A stretch of 64,000 nucleotides of DNA from an uncultured Acidimicrobiia bacterium. GTDB lineage: Bacteria; Acidobacteriota; Terriglobia; Versatilivoradales; Versatilivoraceae. Positions 21,081 through 30,810 of the stretch are shown here, one piece after another. Made by a program: the position numbers and the translations under genes. The notes under the pieces are model-generated. The model ran no database searches and was not told the origin of the DNA. It was given only the letters and a program-made list of their open reading frames with translations. The stretch is taken from contig CAWBAT010000005.1 in the NCBI GenBank assembly GCA_963786955.1, positions 224,001-288,000 of the forward strand, written 5' to 3'. Positions within the stretch are counted from its first letter, which is position 1, and every line of letters starts with the position of its first letter.

Positions 21081-22118
21081 GGGCAAAACCTCGCTTCTCC
21101 GAAGCGAACCCCGCATCATTCAAATGCCGCTCTTGTTCAGCTAGTTTCAGATCATGGTCTACCATCATCCGGACCACCTCTTTAAATTTGATCCGTGGAC
21201 GCCAGTTGAGAACTCTTTCAGCTCTAGATGAATCACCCTCTAGAATGTCCACTTCCGTGGGGCGATAATAGCGGGGATCGGTTTTCACGAATGGCCTCCA
21301 ATCCATCCCCAGGCATTCCCCCACTTCGTCCAGGTATTCCCTCACCGAACTGGATTCCCCCGTGGCCACGACATAGTCGTCGGGCTCTGGTTGCTGCAGT
21401 GTCAGCCACATGGCTTCGACAAAGTCGCCCGCAAAACCCCAGTCCCTGCGTGCTTCGAGGTTCCCCAAATAGAATACGTCCTGCACCCCCATCTTAATTC
21501 GGCACAAGGCTCGCGTAATCTTGCGCGTCACAAAGGTTTCCCCCCGACGGGGTGATTCATGGTTGAAAAGGATGCCATTGCAGTTAAACATGCAATAGGC
21601 CTCCCGGTAATTGACGACGTACCAGTGGGCCGCTACTTTGCTAACTGCATAGGGACTGCGCGGACGAAAGGGCGTTTGTTCGTTTTGCGGCGGCGGGGAT
21701 GAACCAAACATCTCGGAAGTGCCCGCCTGGTAGTAACGAACGATTTTGCCCGTTGTGGCCACATGATCCCGTATTGCCTCTAACAGTCGCAGTGTCCCCG
21801 TAGCCCCGATATCGGCACTGTATTCGGCCTGCTCAAAAGAGATGAGTACATGGGATTGGCCCCGAGGTTGTAGACCTCGTCCGGTTGGACTTTTTCCAAA
21901 ATGCGTCTCAGGCCTGTACCATCGGCCAAATCACCGTAGTGCAGGTAGAGACGCGTCTCGGGATCGTGAGAATCGCGATAAAGATGATCAATTCGCGATG
22001 TATTGAATGAGGAAGATCGGCGAATGATGCCGTGAACTTCGCAGCCTTTCTCAAGTAGGAATTCCGTTAAGTAAGAACCGTCCTGACCGGTAGTACCCGT
22101 GATTAGTGCATTTCACAT
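21073..22118 (-). pseudogene. gmd: GDP-mannose 4,6-dehydratase, disrupted
   Basis: [14 protein letters not shown]...RRSSSFNT...YNLG(A)QSHV...SEMFG...SPYAVSK...[18 protein letters not shown]. Codon 2 is TGA (22113-22115) and there is a one-base deletion near 21859. Confidence 0.85.
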
Positions 22119-22127
22119 TGGGTTTTT

Positions 22128-22435
22128 GTCAAAGTCTAAGGTCGAAGGGTCTAAAGCTTAAAGCAAAAGGGAAAAGACTTAGAGCAAATATAGCCGCGAA
22201 TGAACGCGAATTGACGCCGATTAAGACATCCCCCGGCGCCTCCTTTAGTAAGGGGGAAGTAATTGCCGAGTCGGGATTTAAAAGCTAACTAACGCAAAGG
22301 ACGCAAAGAGCGCCAAGAAAAGAACTAAGGTCTAAAACCAAAAGCAAAAGCGAAAAGCGAATGTTGCCGCAAAAAAGCGCAAGAAAAAAATTGAAAAGCG
22401 AAGGCCGGGACTCTGAACTACGGACTCCGAACTCT
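22128..22435. repeat. Modular A-rich repeat array A3
   Basis: AAAGTCTAAGGTCGAAGG, GCCGCGAATGAACGCGAAT, CGCAAAGGACGCAAAG, GACATCCCCCGGCGCC and GGACTCT/GGACTCC heptamers. Confidence 0.85.
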
Positions 22436-22439
22436 CATT

Positions 22440-24866
22440 TTAGGCACCTTTGGCTTTGGCTTTGGGCTTGTCCTTTTCGCTGGGCCGGTAATAGTAGTAG
22501 TTGTCGTAGTGGCCCTGAGTTCTCTTAGGATTCCAGTGATTCAAAATTGTGCCCAATACAGGCGTATTGTCAGCCCGGAAACACTCTACAGCCGTCAGCG
22601 CCGCGTCCCGAGAGGTGAAGTTGGAGAAGAAGACCAGAATCACGCCGTCCGACAACCGGCCCAGGATGCGCGCATCCGAGAGGTTCAACATGGGCGGAGT
22701 GTCAATGAGAACAGTGTCGAACTCTCTTCGAAAACGTTTCAGAAGCTGGGGCAGACGCGTTGAAAACAACAGGTTGGCGATTTTGGTAGTCTCAGACCCG
22801 CAAGACAAAAGATGAAGGTTGGGAATGAGAGTTTTTGTCACGACCGATTCGATCTTGTACTCGTCCACCGGCGTTTCATCCAGCAACAGATCGGTCAAGC
22901 CCCGTTTGTTCTCCAAGCCGAAGATATGGTGCAGGCGCGGCTTGCGGAGATCGCCGTCAATGAGCAACACCCGCCGGTTGATCTCGGCCAGCGCAATACC
23001 CAGGTTGGTGGTCACCGTTGTCTTACCAGCCATCGGGTTGCAACTCGACACCACAATGACCCGAGGGCTGTTGCCGTTCTCCGAAGAGAAGAGAATGGAG
23101 GCCAGTGTCGTTCGGAATGCCTCCGCCACCAGAGACGGATTTTTTTGCCAGGTGACCAGTTCGACACATTCCGAATCTTTTCCATCCCCTAGCGATCGCC
23201 CCCGGGCGTAGCCGACCGGCAGGCTCTCCCGGACTGGTCTGTCCAACGCCGCCTGGCCATCGCCGGAATCGAGCTGCAGCGTGACTAACGGCGGCCGATG
23301 TCCGTACATCCTGGTCTTTCGATCGGCCCCCGCCATCGGAATCGCTCCAAACTCACGCACATTGAGGTAAAGCGGCGCGTCGCCGGGATCGTGGAGACTA
23401 TGATCCGCCCGGTCTCGAACGGCAGCAAAGACAATACCGAGAAAGACTCCCGCTAGAAGGCCAAGAGTGGTACTCCGCACGAAGTTTGGCTTGTAAGGGG
23501 ACGTGGGAATCCTGGCAGGATCCACGACACGCATGTTGCTCATTCGCATGGCCGCCGCGATCCCGTATTCCTTGACCTTCTGCAGGAGACTTTCGTACAG
23601 GCTGCGGTTGGTGTCTACCTCGCGCTTCAGGATGTTGTATTGAACGGCCTTGGCTGCCTGTTCGGAAACGAGCTTGGACTGCTCGGCATAGGCTTCAGAC
23701 AGCAGATTCTCGTTACGCCGTGAAGTTTCGTATTCGTTTCGAATGCGCTGGGAAACATTGTTGCGTTCCTTTGACAGGGTGGTTTCCAGCTCCTTGATCT
23801 GGGCCTCGATTACTTTTACTTTGTAGTGCCCCGGAGCAAACAAAGCCGTGAGTTCAGCACGCTGCCGGCGCAGATCGGTGAGCTTTTCCTGATAAGTCTT
23901 CAGAGAAGCATCATCCAGCACCTGGGGCAGAGAATCTACCGGGTTGGAAACGGTAATTCCAAACTGCGATTGTTTGGTCATGCGTTCTGCCTGGGCAGCG
24001 GAAAGCGCTTCCTGCAACTGCCGTAGCTTTTCTTCATCCAAGCTGTTCTTTTCCCCGGTGAACATCAGCCCAGTGGCATAAGCGTACGATTGAAGCTGGT
24101 CTTCAGATTTTTGCAACTTGATCTTGATGTCTTCGAGTTGGCGGGTGAGCCAATCGCCGGTACGCTGGGTACTCTTCCAACGAACTTCAATGCTTTGTTC
24201 AATGTATTCGTTGGCCAGAGTGTCAACAAACTTGGCAGCAATTTTAGGGTCGGTGGAGTCCGCTGAAATCGCAACGATGCGGGTCTGCGGTAACGCGCGA
24301 ACACTGAGGCTACCGCTGGCCATCGCTGCAGCCTCTTCTTGGCTGGAGATAGGTTTTGGTCCGGGCAGACGTAGTGCTTTGCGCCAAACGGAAATCCGGT
24401 CTTGTTGCTCCAAAACCTCCGGATGCTTTTCCAAATCCAGTTTGGCCAGAACCCGCGAAATGAGGGTTTCGCTTTGAATGATTTTGATTTGGGTGGGCAG
24501 GTTGGTTTCGGCAGAGTAGTAGTCGGTCGAGGCCCCCGTATCCACCTCCCGGTTGTTTAAGAGGATCTCTGTCTGAGGTTGGATCTCTAGAGTAGTTTGC
24601 GAGCGGTAAACTCTGGTTTGAGGCAATGCCACCAGCAGCCCGATAATAGCCCCCATAAACGCGATCAAGAGAATCGTCCATTGGTGACGACGGAGCAGTT
24701 TCCAATATTCCAGCACAAGGCTGGGCGATTCATCCTGGTGAGCCCTCCGCCGATTGGAAAAGTATGGGCGCTCAGCCTGTTGAACGGTTGAGTCTTCGTG
24801 TTTGGAGAGTGCAGTAAAAGGTTCACCCGTCAGAAGATAGCGGGGTTCGTTTATTTTAGGTTCCAT
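22440..24866 (-). CDS. wzc: Polysaccharide co-polymerase / tyrosine autokinase (Wzc/GumC)
   Basis: Two TM segments, a coiled coil, AEAFRT, Walker A (AGKTT), LLIDGDLRKP, IDTPP and a C-terminal Tyr cluster HYDNYYYY. Confidence 0.95.
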   Translation of the reverse strand: MEPKINEPRYLLTGEPFTALSKHEDSTVQQAERPYFSNRRRAHQDESPSLVLEYWKLLRRHQWTILLIAFMGAIIGLLVALPQTRVYRSQTTLEIQPQTEILLNNREVDTGASTDYYSAETNLPTQIKIIQSETLISRVLAKLDLEKHPEVLEQQDRISVWRKALRLPGPKPISSQEEAAAMASGSLSVRALPQTRIVAISADSTDPKIAAKFVDTLANEYIEQSIEVRWKSTQRTGDWLTRQLEDIKIKLQKSEDQLQSYAYATGLMFTGEKNSLDEEKLRQLQEALSAAQAERMTKQSQFGITVSNPVDSLPQVLDDASLKTYQEKLTDLRRQRAELTALFAPGHYKVKVIEAQIKELETTLSKERNNVSQRIRNEYETSRRNENLLSEAYAEQSKLVSEQAAKAVQYNILKREVDTNRSLYESLLQKVKEYGIAAAMRMSNMRVVDPARIPTSPYKPNFVRSTTLGLLAGVFLGIVFAAVRDRADHSLHDPGDAPLYLNVREFGAIPMAGADRKTRMYGHRPPLVTLQLDSGDGQAALDRPVRESLPVGYARGRSLGDGKDSECVELVTWQKNPSLVAEAFRTTLASILFSSENGNSPRVIVVSSCNPMAGKTTVTTNLGIALAEINRRVLLIDGDLRKPRLHHIFGLENKRGLTDLLLDETPVDEYKIESVVTKTLIPNLHLLSCGSETTKIANLLFSTRLPQLLKRFRREFDTVLIDTPPMLNLSDARILGRLSDGVILVFFSNFTSRDAALTAVECFRADNTPVLGTILNHWNPKRTQGHYDNYYYYRPSEKDKPKAKAKGA

Positions 24867-24869
24867 GAG

Positions 24870-25742
24870 AGGTCAGAGTTTTAGAGTTCGGAGTGAAAAT
24901 AAAAGGTCCAAGGTCTAAAGCTTAAAGCAAAAGCTAAAAGCAAATGTTGCCGCAAAGAAGCGCAAAGGGCGCAAAGATTTGCAACAAACTGGACCACGGG
25001 GAACACGGGGAAAGTCAAGAAAGCCGCAGATGGACGCGAATAAACGCGAATCAAAACTAGATCACAGGTTAAAGGTTCAAGGGCGAAGGGCAAAAAGTCC
25101 GGAGTATGGAGTCCGGAGTCAAAATAAAAGTTCAAAGGTCGAAAGTCAAAAGCCTAAGGCAAAAGCGAAAAGCAAATATCGCCGCAAAAGAACGCAAAGA
25201 CACAAAGAAAAAGGGCCGCGAATTGACGCGAATAAACGCGGATAAAGCCAGAAGGAAAAAAGTAAAAGCAAATGTTGCCGCAAAGGAGCGCAAAGGGCGC
25301 AAAGATTAACAACAATGGACCACGGGGAACACGGGGAAAGTCAAGACAGCCGCGAATGGACGCGAATAAACGCGAATCAAAACTAGATCACAGGTTAAAG
25401 GTTGAGGTTAAAAGTCCAAGGTCAAAGGTCTGACAATTGTCGAATGGCGATTGCCGAGTGTCGATCTAAAAGCTAACTAACGCAAAGGACGCAAAAAAAA
25501 GAGTCAAAGGTCGAAGGTCTAAGGTCGAAAGTCAAAAGTCACAAATGAAAAATGGAAAATGATGAATGACAAATGAAAAACCTCCACCCCCCTGAAGTCC
25601 CCCCATGTGTAAAAAGAGAAGGCAGAAAGCAGAAGGCAGGTACGAGTGAAAAGATCTCAAAGCAGGACATCCCCCCGGCGCCCCCTGTAAGAATGTCCAA
25701 GGTCAAAGGTCGAAAGTCCAAAGTCAAAGGAAAAAAGTCTAT
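24870..25742. repeat. Modular A-rich repeat array A4 (largest, ~870 bp)
   Basis: Two near-identical ~140-bp blocks (~24935-25078 and ~25265-25405) plus AAATGAA/AAATGGA/GAATGAC and AGAAGGC heptamer runs. Confidence 0.9.
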
Positions 25743-25752
25743 AACTGCTGGG

Positions 25753-26745
25753 TCAATAGTGGGCAATGATGGCAATGCTGGTCGCCATTGAGGTAGCACC
25801 CATAAGGGACTGCATGAAACTCGGTCTCGTCCTGCCGGGAATGTAGAGGATGTCGCCAGTCTGAAGCGTGACATCACTGGCGCCTCCAGTCAACATCACC
25901 TTCAAATCCACCGGCACCTCTTCCCGGCTGTCGGCTCCGGGAACGGGACGCAGAATTCTAGCTTTATCAGGTATTGCCGTTTTCTCCAGGCCTTCAGCCA
26001 TCGACAGAGCTTGCAGGGCGGTGATGGTTTTCTGTTCGCTAAGAATGATTCCGCCGGGTTTGCGTACGTCGCCAATCACATAGACCAGTTCCCCCTTGGG
26101 TACCGAGATGACGTCAAAAGGGCAGATGAGGATGTTCTCTTCCGGCTTGGTAGCCTCCATGATGGAGTTGAGATTGACGGTGGCAACGCTATACCGGCCG
26201 CTGTCTTCATTGACTGCATTGGGAAGTGGAATTTTGCCGAACTCCCGCCTGCGCGTAATTTTCACACTGTACCCGGCTTCCGGCTTGACTCCGTCGGCCA
26301 GCGAAAGCACTTCAAACAAGGTCTTGCGTCCCTCCAATTGCACCACGCCCGGTTTATTCACCCATCCGATAATAGAAACGGGTTGGCTGCGGTAATCCGT
26401 AATGTTGACAGACACCTGAGGTTCGTTGAGGGTATCCTTCAGCCGTGTGGCAATTTCCGCCTCAAGTTGTTCCGCCGTCATGCCGGATACTTTGATTTGC
26501 CCGATCATGGGGAGTTTGATATTTCCGGTATTTCCGATACGGACCGGTTTGTCGCTGATCTCTTCGAGATGCAGGACGCGGAGACTGATGGTATCCCCCG
26601 GCCCCAAGACGTATTCAGAGTCGCTCTGGGCGGGCTGGCCCGGGACAGATTGGGGAGCAGTGGCGGGGTTGTCTTGTGCGAAGAGAGCGGAAGAGAGGAG
26701 GAGAAAGAAGGCCACAAATAAGCGCGAGAGTTTGAGAGGTTTCAT
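25753..26745 (-). CDS. wza: Polysaccharide export protein (Wza/Poly_export with SLBB domains)
   Basis: Signal peptide, YVLGPGDTI, GNIKLPMIG, VYVIGDVRKPG and LQTGDILYIP motifs. Confidence 0.92.
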   Translation of the reverse strand: MKPLKLSRLFVAFFLLLSSALFAQDNPATAPQSVPGQPAQSDSEYVLGPGDTISLRVLHLEEISDKPVRIGNTGNIKLPMIGQIKVSGMTAEQLEAEIATRLKDTLNEPQVSVNITDYRSQPVSIIGWVNKPGVVQLEGRKTLFEVLSLADGVKPEAGYSVKITRRREFGKIPLPNAVNEDSGRYSVATVNLNSIMEATKPEENILICPFDVISVPKGELVYVIGDVRKPGGIILSEQKTITALQALSMAEGLEKTAIPDKARILRPVPGADSREEVPVDLKVMLTGGASDVTLQTGDILYIPGRTRPSFMQSLMGATSMATSIAIIAHY

Positions 26746-26759
26746 GATGGTTTATCGGT

Positions 26760-27160
26760 CTTAGGGTGAAGGGAAAAGTTCGGAGTCCGGAGTTCAATAG
26801 GCAGAGAACAAAAGGTAGAGTGTATAGAGATAAGGGTCAAGGGCGAATTAAGAGGTCGAAGGTCGAAAGTCAAAAGCTTAAAGCAAAAAACTAAAAGCAT
26901 ATATTGCCGCAAGAAAACGCAAAGAACACAAAGGGAGCAAAGATAAACAAAAAAATAAACCACGGGAACACAGGGAAGAACAATATAGCCGCGAATGAAC
27001 GCGGATTAACACGATTCGAGGGCGATTGGGACATCCCCCGGCGCGCCCTTCAGAAAGGGGGAATAGTTTGTAGAAGGGCGAAAGGAAAAGTTCAGAGTTC
27101 GGAGTCCGTAGTCTAAAACTAAAGGAAAAACTAAAGCAAAAAGGGCAAGTACAAGAAGCA
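26760..27160. repeat. Modular A-rich repeat array A5
   Basis: GTTCGGAGTCCGGAG, AGGTCGAAGGTCGAAAGTC, TTGCCGCAAGAAAACGCAAAG, AACCACGGGAACACAGGG and GCCGCGAATGAACGCGG modules. Confidence 0.85.
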
Positions 27161-27175
27161 TTCGGCGGTCGGCGA

Positions 27176-27715
27176 TTAGCGGTGAGCGGCAACTAATCTC
27201 ATGGGCTGTTCAATCGGGCTGACCCAGTCCTGGTCAACTTCTACAGCCACGGAACGTTGCAGCAGAGTGACTGAAACAACTAATCGGGAAGGTTTCTTAA
27301 CGGAGGTCAGAATCCCTTCCACTCCTTCCAGAGATCCCCGCTCGATACGCACCCGCTGCCCAACTTTCAAATACGGCCAAGGTTCGGCTTGAAGACCCGA
27401 ATTCACGATGGATCGGAGCGCCGTAATTTCGCTCTCATCAACGGGAAGCGGAACCTTGCCAGCCCCAACAACCTGCAAAACGCCCGGCGTTACCAGAATC
27501 GGAAGCCGATAGTTCAGGTCAAAGCGGCAAAACACATACCCGGGGAACAGTGGCAACATGAGTTCTTTCATGCGGTCCGACCAGCGGCGCCTGATGCTGT
27601 AGAGAGGCAACAATTCTTCGTAGCCTTTGTCTTGCAATGCGGCAGCTACAATTTTTTCGTGCTGACTTCTAACAACGAGCGCAAACCATTGAAGTTCGTT
27701 GTTGGGTGACAGCAT
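27176..27715 (-). CDS. Specialised NusG paralogue (UpxY/RfaH/LoaP-type transcription antiterminator)
   Basis: NGN domain (WFALVVRSQHEK, PLFPGYVF) and KOW motif (VGQRVRIERGSLEGVEG); sits at the head of the polysaccharide operon. Confidence 0.92.
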   Translation of the reverse strand: MLSPNNELQWFALVVRSQHEKIVAAALQDKGYEELLPLYSIRRRWSDRMKELMLPLFPGYVFCRFDLNYRLPILVTPGVLQVVGAGKVPLPVDESEITALRSIVNSGLQAEPWPYLKVGQRVRIERGSLEGVEGILTSVKKPSRLVVSVTLLQRSVAVEVDQDWVSPIEQPMRLVAAHR

Positions 27716-27744
27716 GGTTTGTCCTCCGTTTCATACACACAGCC

Positions 27745-27975
27745 GACGGCCGGGGTCAACGACCCTAGGTACAACAATGGCGTCGCGGGAGCGGGAGTGT
27801 TGAAGCGTGCGCCGGGGGACAGCGGTCCCACGCGCCAGTTCCACCTGAATCTAACATCGCCACCCACCCCTGGAGCCTGAAGGCTCCGCCCCTCCGGAGG
27901 GGAATTCAGTCCGTCGAGAGGTCGGCCAGGGGTCGCGGGAGCTAACCGGGGTCAACGACCCCGGCTACAACAAAA
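27745..27975. repeat. Cluster of REP-like palindromes between pilZ and the antiterminator gene
   Basis: CCGGGGTCAACGACCCCGGCTACAAC occurs twice. Segments are shared with ~33315-33357 (GGGGGA.AGCGGTCCCACGC...TTCCACCT) and ~34225-34271 (CCACCCACCCCT...CCCCTCCGGAGGGGAAT). Confidence 0.7.
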
Positions 27976-28028
27976 GCGTCGCCATTAATTAATAAAGCCC
28001 ACGGCGTCGTCCGCCAGCCAAATTTATA

Positions 28029-28358
28029 TCAGAGGAAGCGGTGACTTTTAAATGCCACTGCCAGCCCCTGCTTTCCATCAGGCTTTGGCTCGACTCGTAC
28101 CACGATGCCTTGGGCCGATACGCGTGCCGCCAACTTTTTGCCATTAAAGGGGCTTATAAAATGGACAATCAATCTTAGCTGGGCGCCATTCGCAACCTTC
28201 TGCTGTAAAGCCAGGTAGAGGCCGCTGGCGCTGAGATTCTCGAGCTGGATCTCGGCCTCGATTGACTGACCGCTCGAATCCTTGCCCATGACTTTGACTG
28301 GGAAGGCTTCGCGGATGCGAGGCTTACCTCGCCGCTCTGGTCCGGCGTACTCGATCAA
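28029..28358 (-). CDS. PilZ-domain protein (c-di-GMP receptor-like)
   Basis: ERRGKPR (RxxxR) and NLSASG (D/NxSxxG) motifs. Confidence 0.85.
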   Translation of the reverse strand: MIEYAGPERRGKPRIREAFPVKVMGKDSSGQSIEAEIQLENLSASGLYLALQQKVANGAQLRLIVHFISPFNGKKLAARVSAQGIVVRVEPKPDGKQGLAVAFKSHRFL

Positions 28359-28398
28359 AAAAGCCCCTTAGGAAATTGGAGTTCTTTTACCATCAAGA

Positions 28399-28410
28399 CA
28401 AGCTACCGCA
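28399..28410 (-). promoter_or_regulatory. ops-like pause element
   Basis: Minus strand reads TGCGGTAGCTTG, one mismatch from the E. coli ops consensus GGCGGTAGnnTG, about 40 nt upstream of the first operon gene. Confidence 0.55.
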
Positions 28411-28423
28411 CAAATTGTCCCAT

Positions 28424-28445
28424 CCTTTCTTAGATCTAAGAAAGG
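28424..28445. promoter_or_regulatory. Perfect 22-bp palindrome (candidate operator or leader hairpin)
   Basis: CCTTTCTTAGATCTAAGAAAGG. Confidence 0.5.
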
Positions 28446-28538
28446 CCGAGACAATGTAGGAGCAAAACCCGTTATGGACAGTGGAAAGATAATTGAAGAC
28501 CAGTGACGCCTTTTATTCGGGCCTTCTGCTGCTTTCTG

Positions 28539-29618
28539 CTAGTGTAGTGCGTCTAACGCTTCTTTACATTTGATGACTTTGGCCAGTATTTGGTCAGCTG
28601 TTGCTGTCCAAACGAAAACCTGAGGTTTTTCGTTATGCTTCCGCAAGTAGTCTTCGATGACGGCTACCAAATCAGGAACACTGGCAAAAGAACCGCGGCG
28701 AATGCGTTTCTCCGTGAGATTGCGAAACCAGCGTTCTACCAGATTCAGCCAAGAGCTCGAGGTCGGAGTAAAGTGCAAATGAAACCTGGGGTGGCGTCGA
28801 AGCCAGGACACTACGCGGGGATGTTTGTGTGTTCCGTAATTGTCGACGATCAGATGCAGGTTCAGCTCATCGGGAGTCTGGCAGTCGATCCGCTTCAAAA
28901 ACCGAATGAACTCCTGGTGGCGATGCCTCGGCATACAATCGCCGATCACGCGGCCGTCCAGCAGGCTCAGGGCGGCATACAGCGTCGTGGTGCCGTGGCG
29001 TTTGTAATCGTGAGTCAGGGTGCCACAACGCCCCTTCTTCAAAGGCAACCCCGGCTGAGTTCGATCCAGGGCTTGAATCTGCGATTTCTCGTCGACGCAC
29101 AGCACCAGCGACTTATCGGGAGGATTCAGGTACAAGCCCACAATGTCACGCAGTTTCTCGATAAACCGTTTGTCTCGGCTGAGCTTAAAGGTCTTCGTCA
29201 GGTGGGGCTTCAGATTATGTTGTTTCCAGACCCGCCGGATGGTGGCTTCACTAAGCCCCTGAGCCGCTGCCATCGTGCGGGTGCTCCAGTGCGTCGCATT
29301 CGGCGGTTTGCTATGCAACGTTGCTTCTATGACGGCTCGAATCTTTGGGTCAGGAATTTTCGGAAAGCGTCCGGGGCGCGGCGCATCCTTCTCCAGACCT
29401 TCCAGCCGAAGCGCCAGAAACCGCTGGCGCCAGAGTTGTACCGTAGGGCGAGATACTCGCAGCGCCTGCGCGATAGCCTGACTCTGCATACCCTCAGCCG
29501 CCATCTGAATGATCTGCGCCCGCTGAACGACTCGCAGAGGCATGCTTCGACTCCGTGCCCAGGTTTCCAAAATAGAGTGTTCTTCGGTCGAAAGGAAAAT
29601 CATCGGGGCTATTCTCAT
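28539..29618 (-). CDS. IS630-family DDE transposase
   Basis: HTH with PRPGR and HWSTRTMA; catalytic VDEK, VDNYGTH and SSWLNLVERWF; intact 359 aa. Confidence 0.95.
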   Translation of the reverse strand: MRIAPMIFLSTEEHSILETWARSRSMPLRVVQRAQIIQMAAEGMQSQAIAQALRVSRPTVQLWRQRFLALRLEGLEKDAPRPGRFPKIPDPKIRAVIEATLHSKPPNATHWSTRTMAAAQGLSEATIRRVWKQHNLKPHLTKTFKLSRDKRFIEKLRDIVGLYLNPPDKSLVLCVDEKSQIQALDRTQPGLPLKKGRCGTLTHDYKRHGTTTLYAALSLLDGRVIGDCMPRHRHQEFIRFLKRIDCQTPDELNLHLIVDNYGTHKHPRVVSWLRRHPRFHLHFTPTSSSWLNLVERWFRNLTEKRIRRGSFASVPDLVAVIEDYLRKHNEKPQVFVWTATADQILAKVIKCKEALDALH

Positions 29619-29679
29619 GACTCGACATCATAGCCAAGTCAGTAATATAAGTAAAGTTATTTATGACGCATACCACTAG
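28539..29679 (-). mobile_element. IS630-family insertion sequence
   Basis: Ends CTAGTGTAGTGCGTCTAA and (reverse complement) CTAGTGGTATGCGTCATAA; CTAG at both junctions; encloses the transposase. Confidence 0.92.
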
Positions 29680-29894
29680 TTTCCCGAATTTTCTTATTCC
29701 CAAGAGTATTTCAACTGAGCTCGCAATCTATAGGTATCCTCAAGAAAACACAACGGATGTTGCGCCCATTCTGCATGGCCGGTTAGTGCCATTTTTTCAA
29801 AGTGATTTTATGGGAGGCTCGTGCCATATCAGGCGGGAGCTATGATTAACGGGGAATTGCTGCATTCATTTTAGGGTAGGAAATCGTATCGAAG

Positions 29895-30611
29895 TCATTC
29901 ATATTTTCCTGCGGATTTGACTCGAGTTTCCGGCGGACTAACCAATTTCTGGCGATAGGCAAAAATGATAAGCTCAAACCGACTAGTGACTTCCAGCTTG
30001 CTGAAGACCGAGGTGAGATGGTGTCGGACGGTCGTTTCACTGATAAAAAGACGGTTGGCAATGTCTTTGTTCTTGAGCCCGGCAGAAACAAGATCGAAAA
30101 CCTCGCGCTCCCGGGCGGTAAGCAAAGAAATGCCAGGAGAGGCAGAGGTCTTCTTTTCCCAAAGGCTCGGCTGCGACATCTTAGTAATGATGCCCGTTGC
30201 CAGCTTGCGGTTTAACCAGATCTCTCCGGAGTGAACCTTCAGAATGGCTCTGCGTAATTCTTCGGGCGCTTGCTCCTTTAGTACCAAACCCATGGCTCCA
30301 ACAAGAATCGCCTGGTGGTGAGCATCTGAGTCGTTCACCGAAGTCAAAACGATGATACGCCCTCCTTCGGATGCCTCTTGCAAATCAGGGATGCAGTCTA
30401 TGGCACTGCCGGCACGTCCTAAATCGAGGTCAATCAAGATAATTTGGGGCTTCTCGCGGGCTGCAATCACATGAGCCTCAACGGGAGTTCCAGCCTCCCC
30501 GATCACCTTCATACCTAGCCAGCTTTCGATCAGCAGGCGGAGGCCTGCACGAACGATCTTCTGGGGATCAACGAGCAGGACCCGAATTGAAGGTTTTCCG
30601 CCGGAGGACAT
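29895..30611 (-). CDS. NarL/LuxR-family response regulator
   Basis: Receiver domain (VLLVD...LIDLDL...VLTS...VLK) and LuxR HTH (LTAREREV...GLKNKDIA.RLFISETTVRHH). Confidence 0.93.
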   Translation of the reverse strand: MSSGGKPSIRVLLVDPQKIVRAGLRLLIESWLGMKVIGEAGTPVEAHVIAAREKPQIILIDLDLGRAGSAIDCIPDLQEASEGGRIIVLTSVNDSDAHHQAILVGAMGLVLKEQAPEELRRAILKVHSGEIWLNRKLATGIITKMSQPSLWEKKTSASPGISLLTAREREVFDLVSAGLKNKDIANRLFISETTVRHHLTSVFSKLEVTSRFELIIFAYRQKLVSPPETRVKSAGKYE

Positions 30612-30810
30612 GTGTGACTATAGCTTCCCTAGTTCGAAGTAAATGATTCCAAGCTTACTATTTTCACTATTACGCTGCTGCGGCTGAGGATTTTATAACC
30701 CACAGTACGCCAATATTAGAGCATTCTTTGGACCGTATTGGAAGTTTCACAAAGCAATAAAGCTCCACAAGGTTATCTATTGATTTGAAATCGCTTGAAG
30801 TAGGAAAACA

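Noticed and set aside
24881-25877. Lys/Arg-rich (+) and Phe/Leu-rich (-) short ORFs in the arrays (also 18902, 22106, 26742-27192, 41195)
   Set aside because: They are translations of the asymmetric repeats; frames and starts are not conserved between copies.
28590-29633. 347-aa plus-strand ORF
   Set aside because: Antisense shadow of the IS630 transposase with no recognisable motifs.
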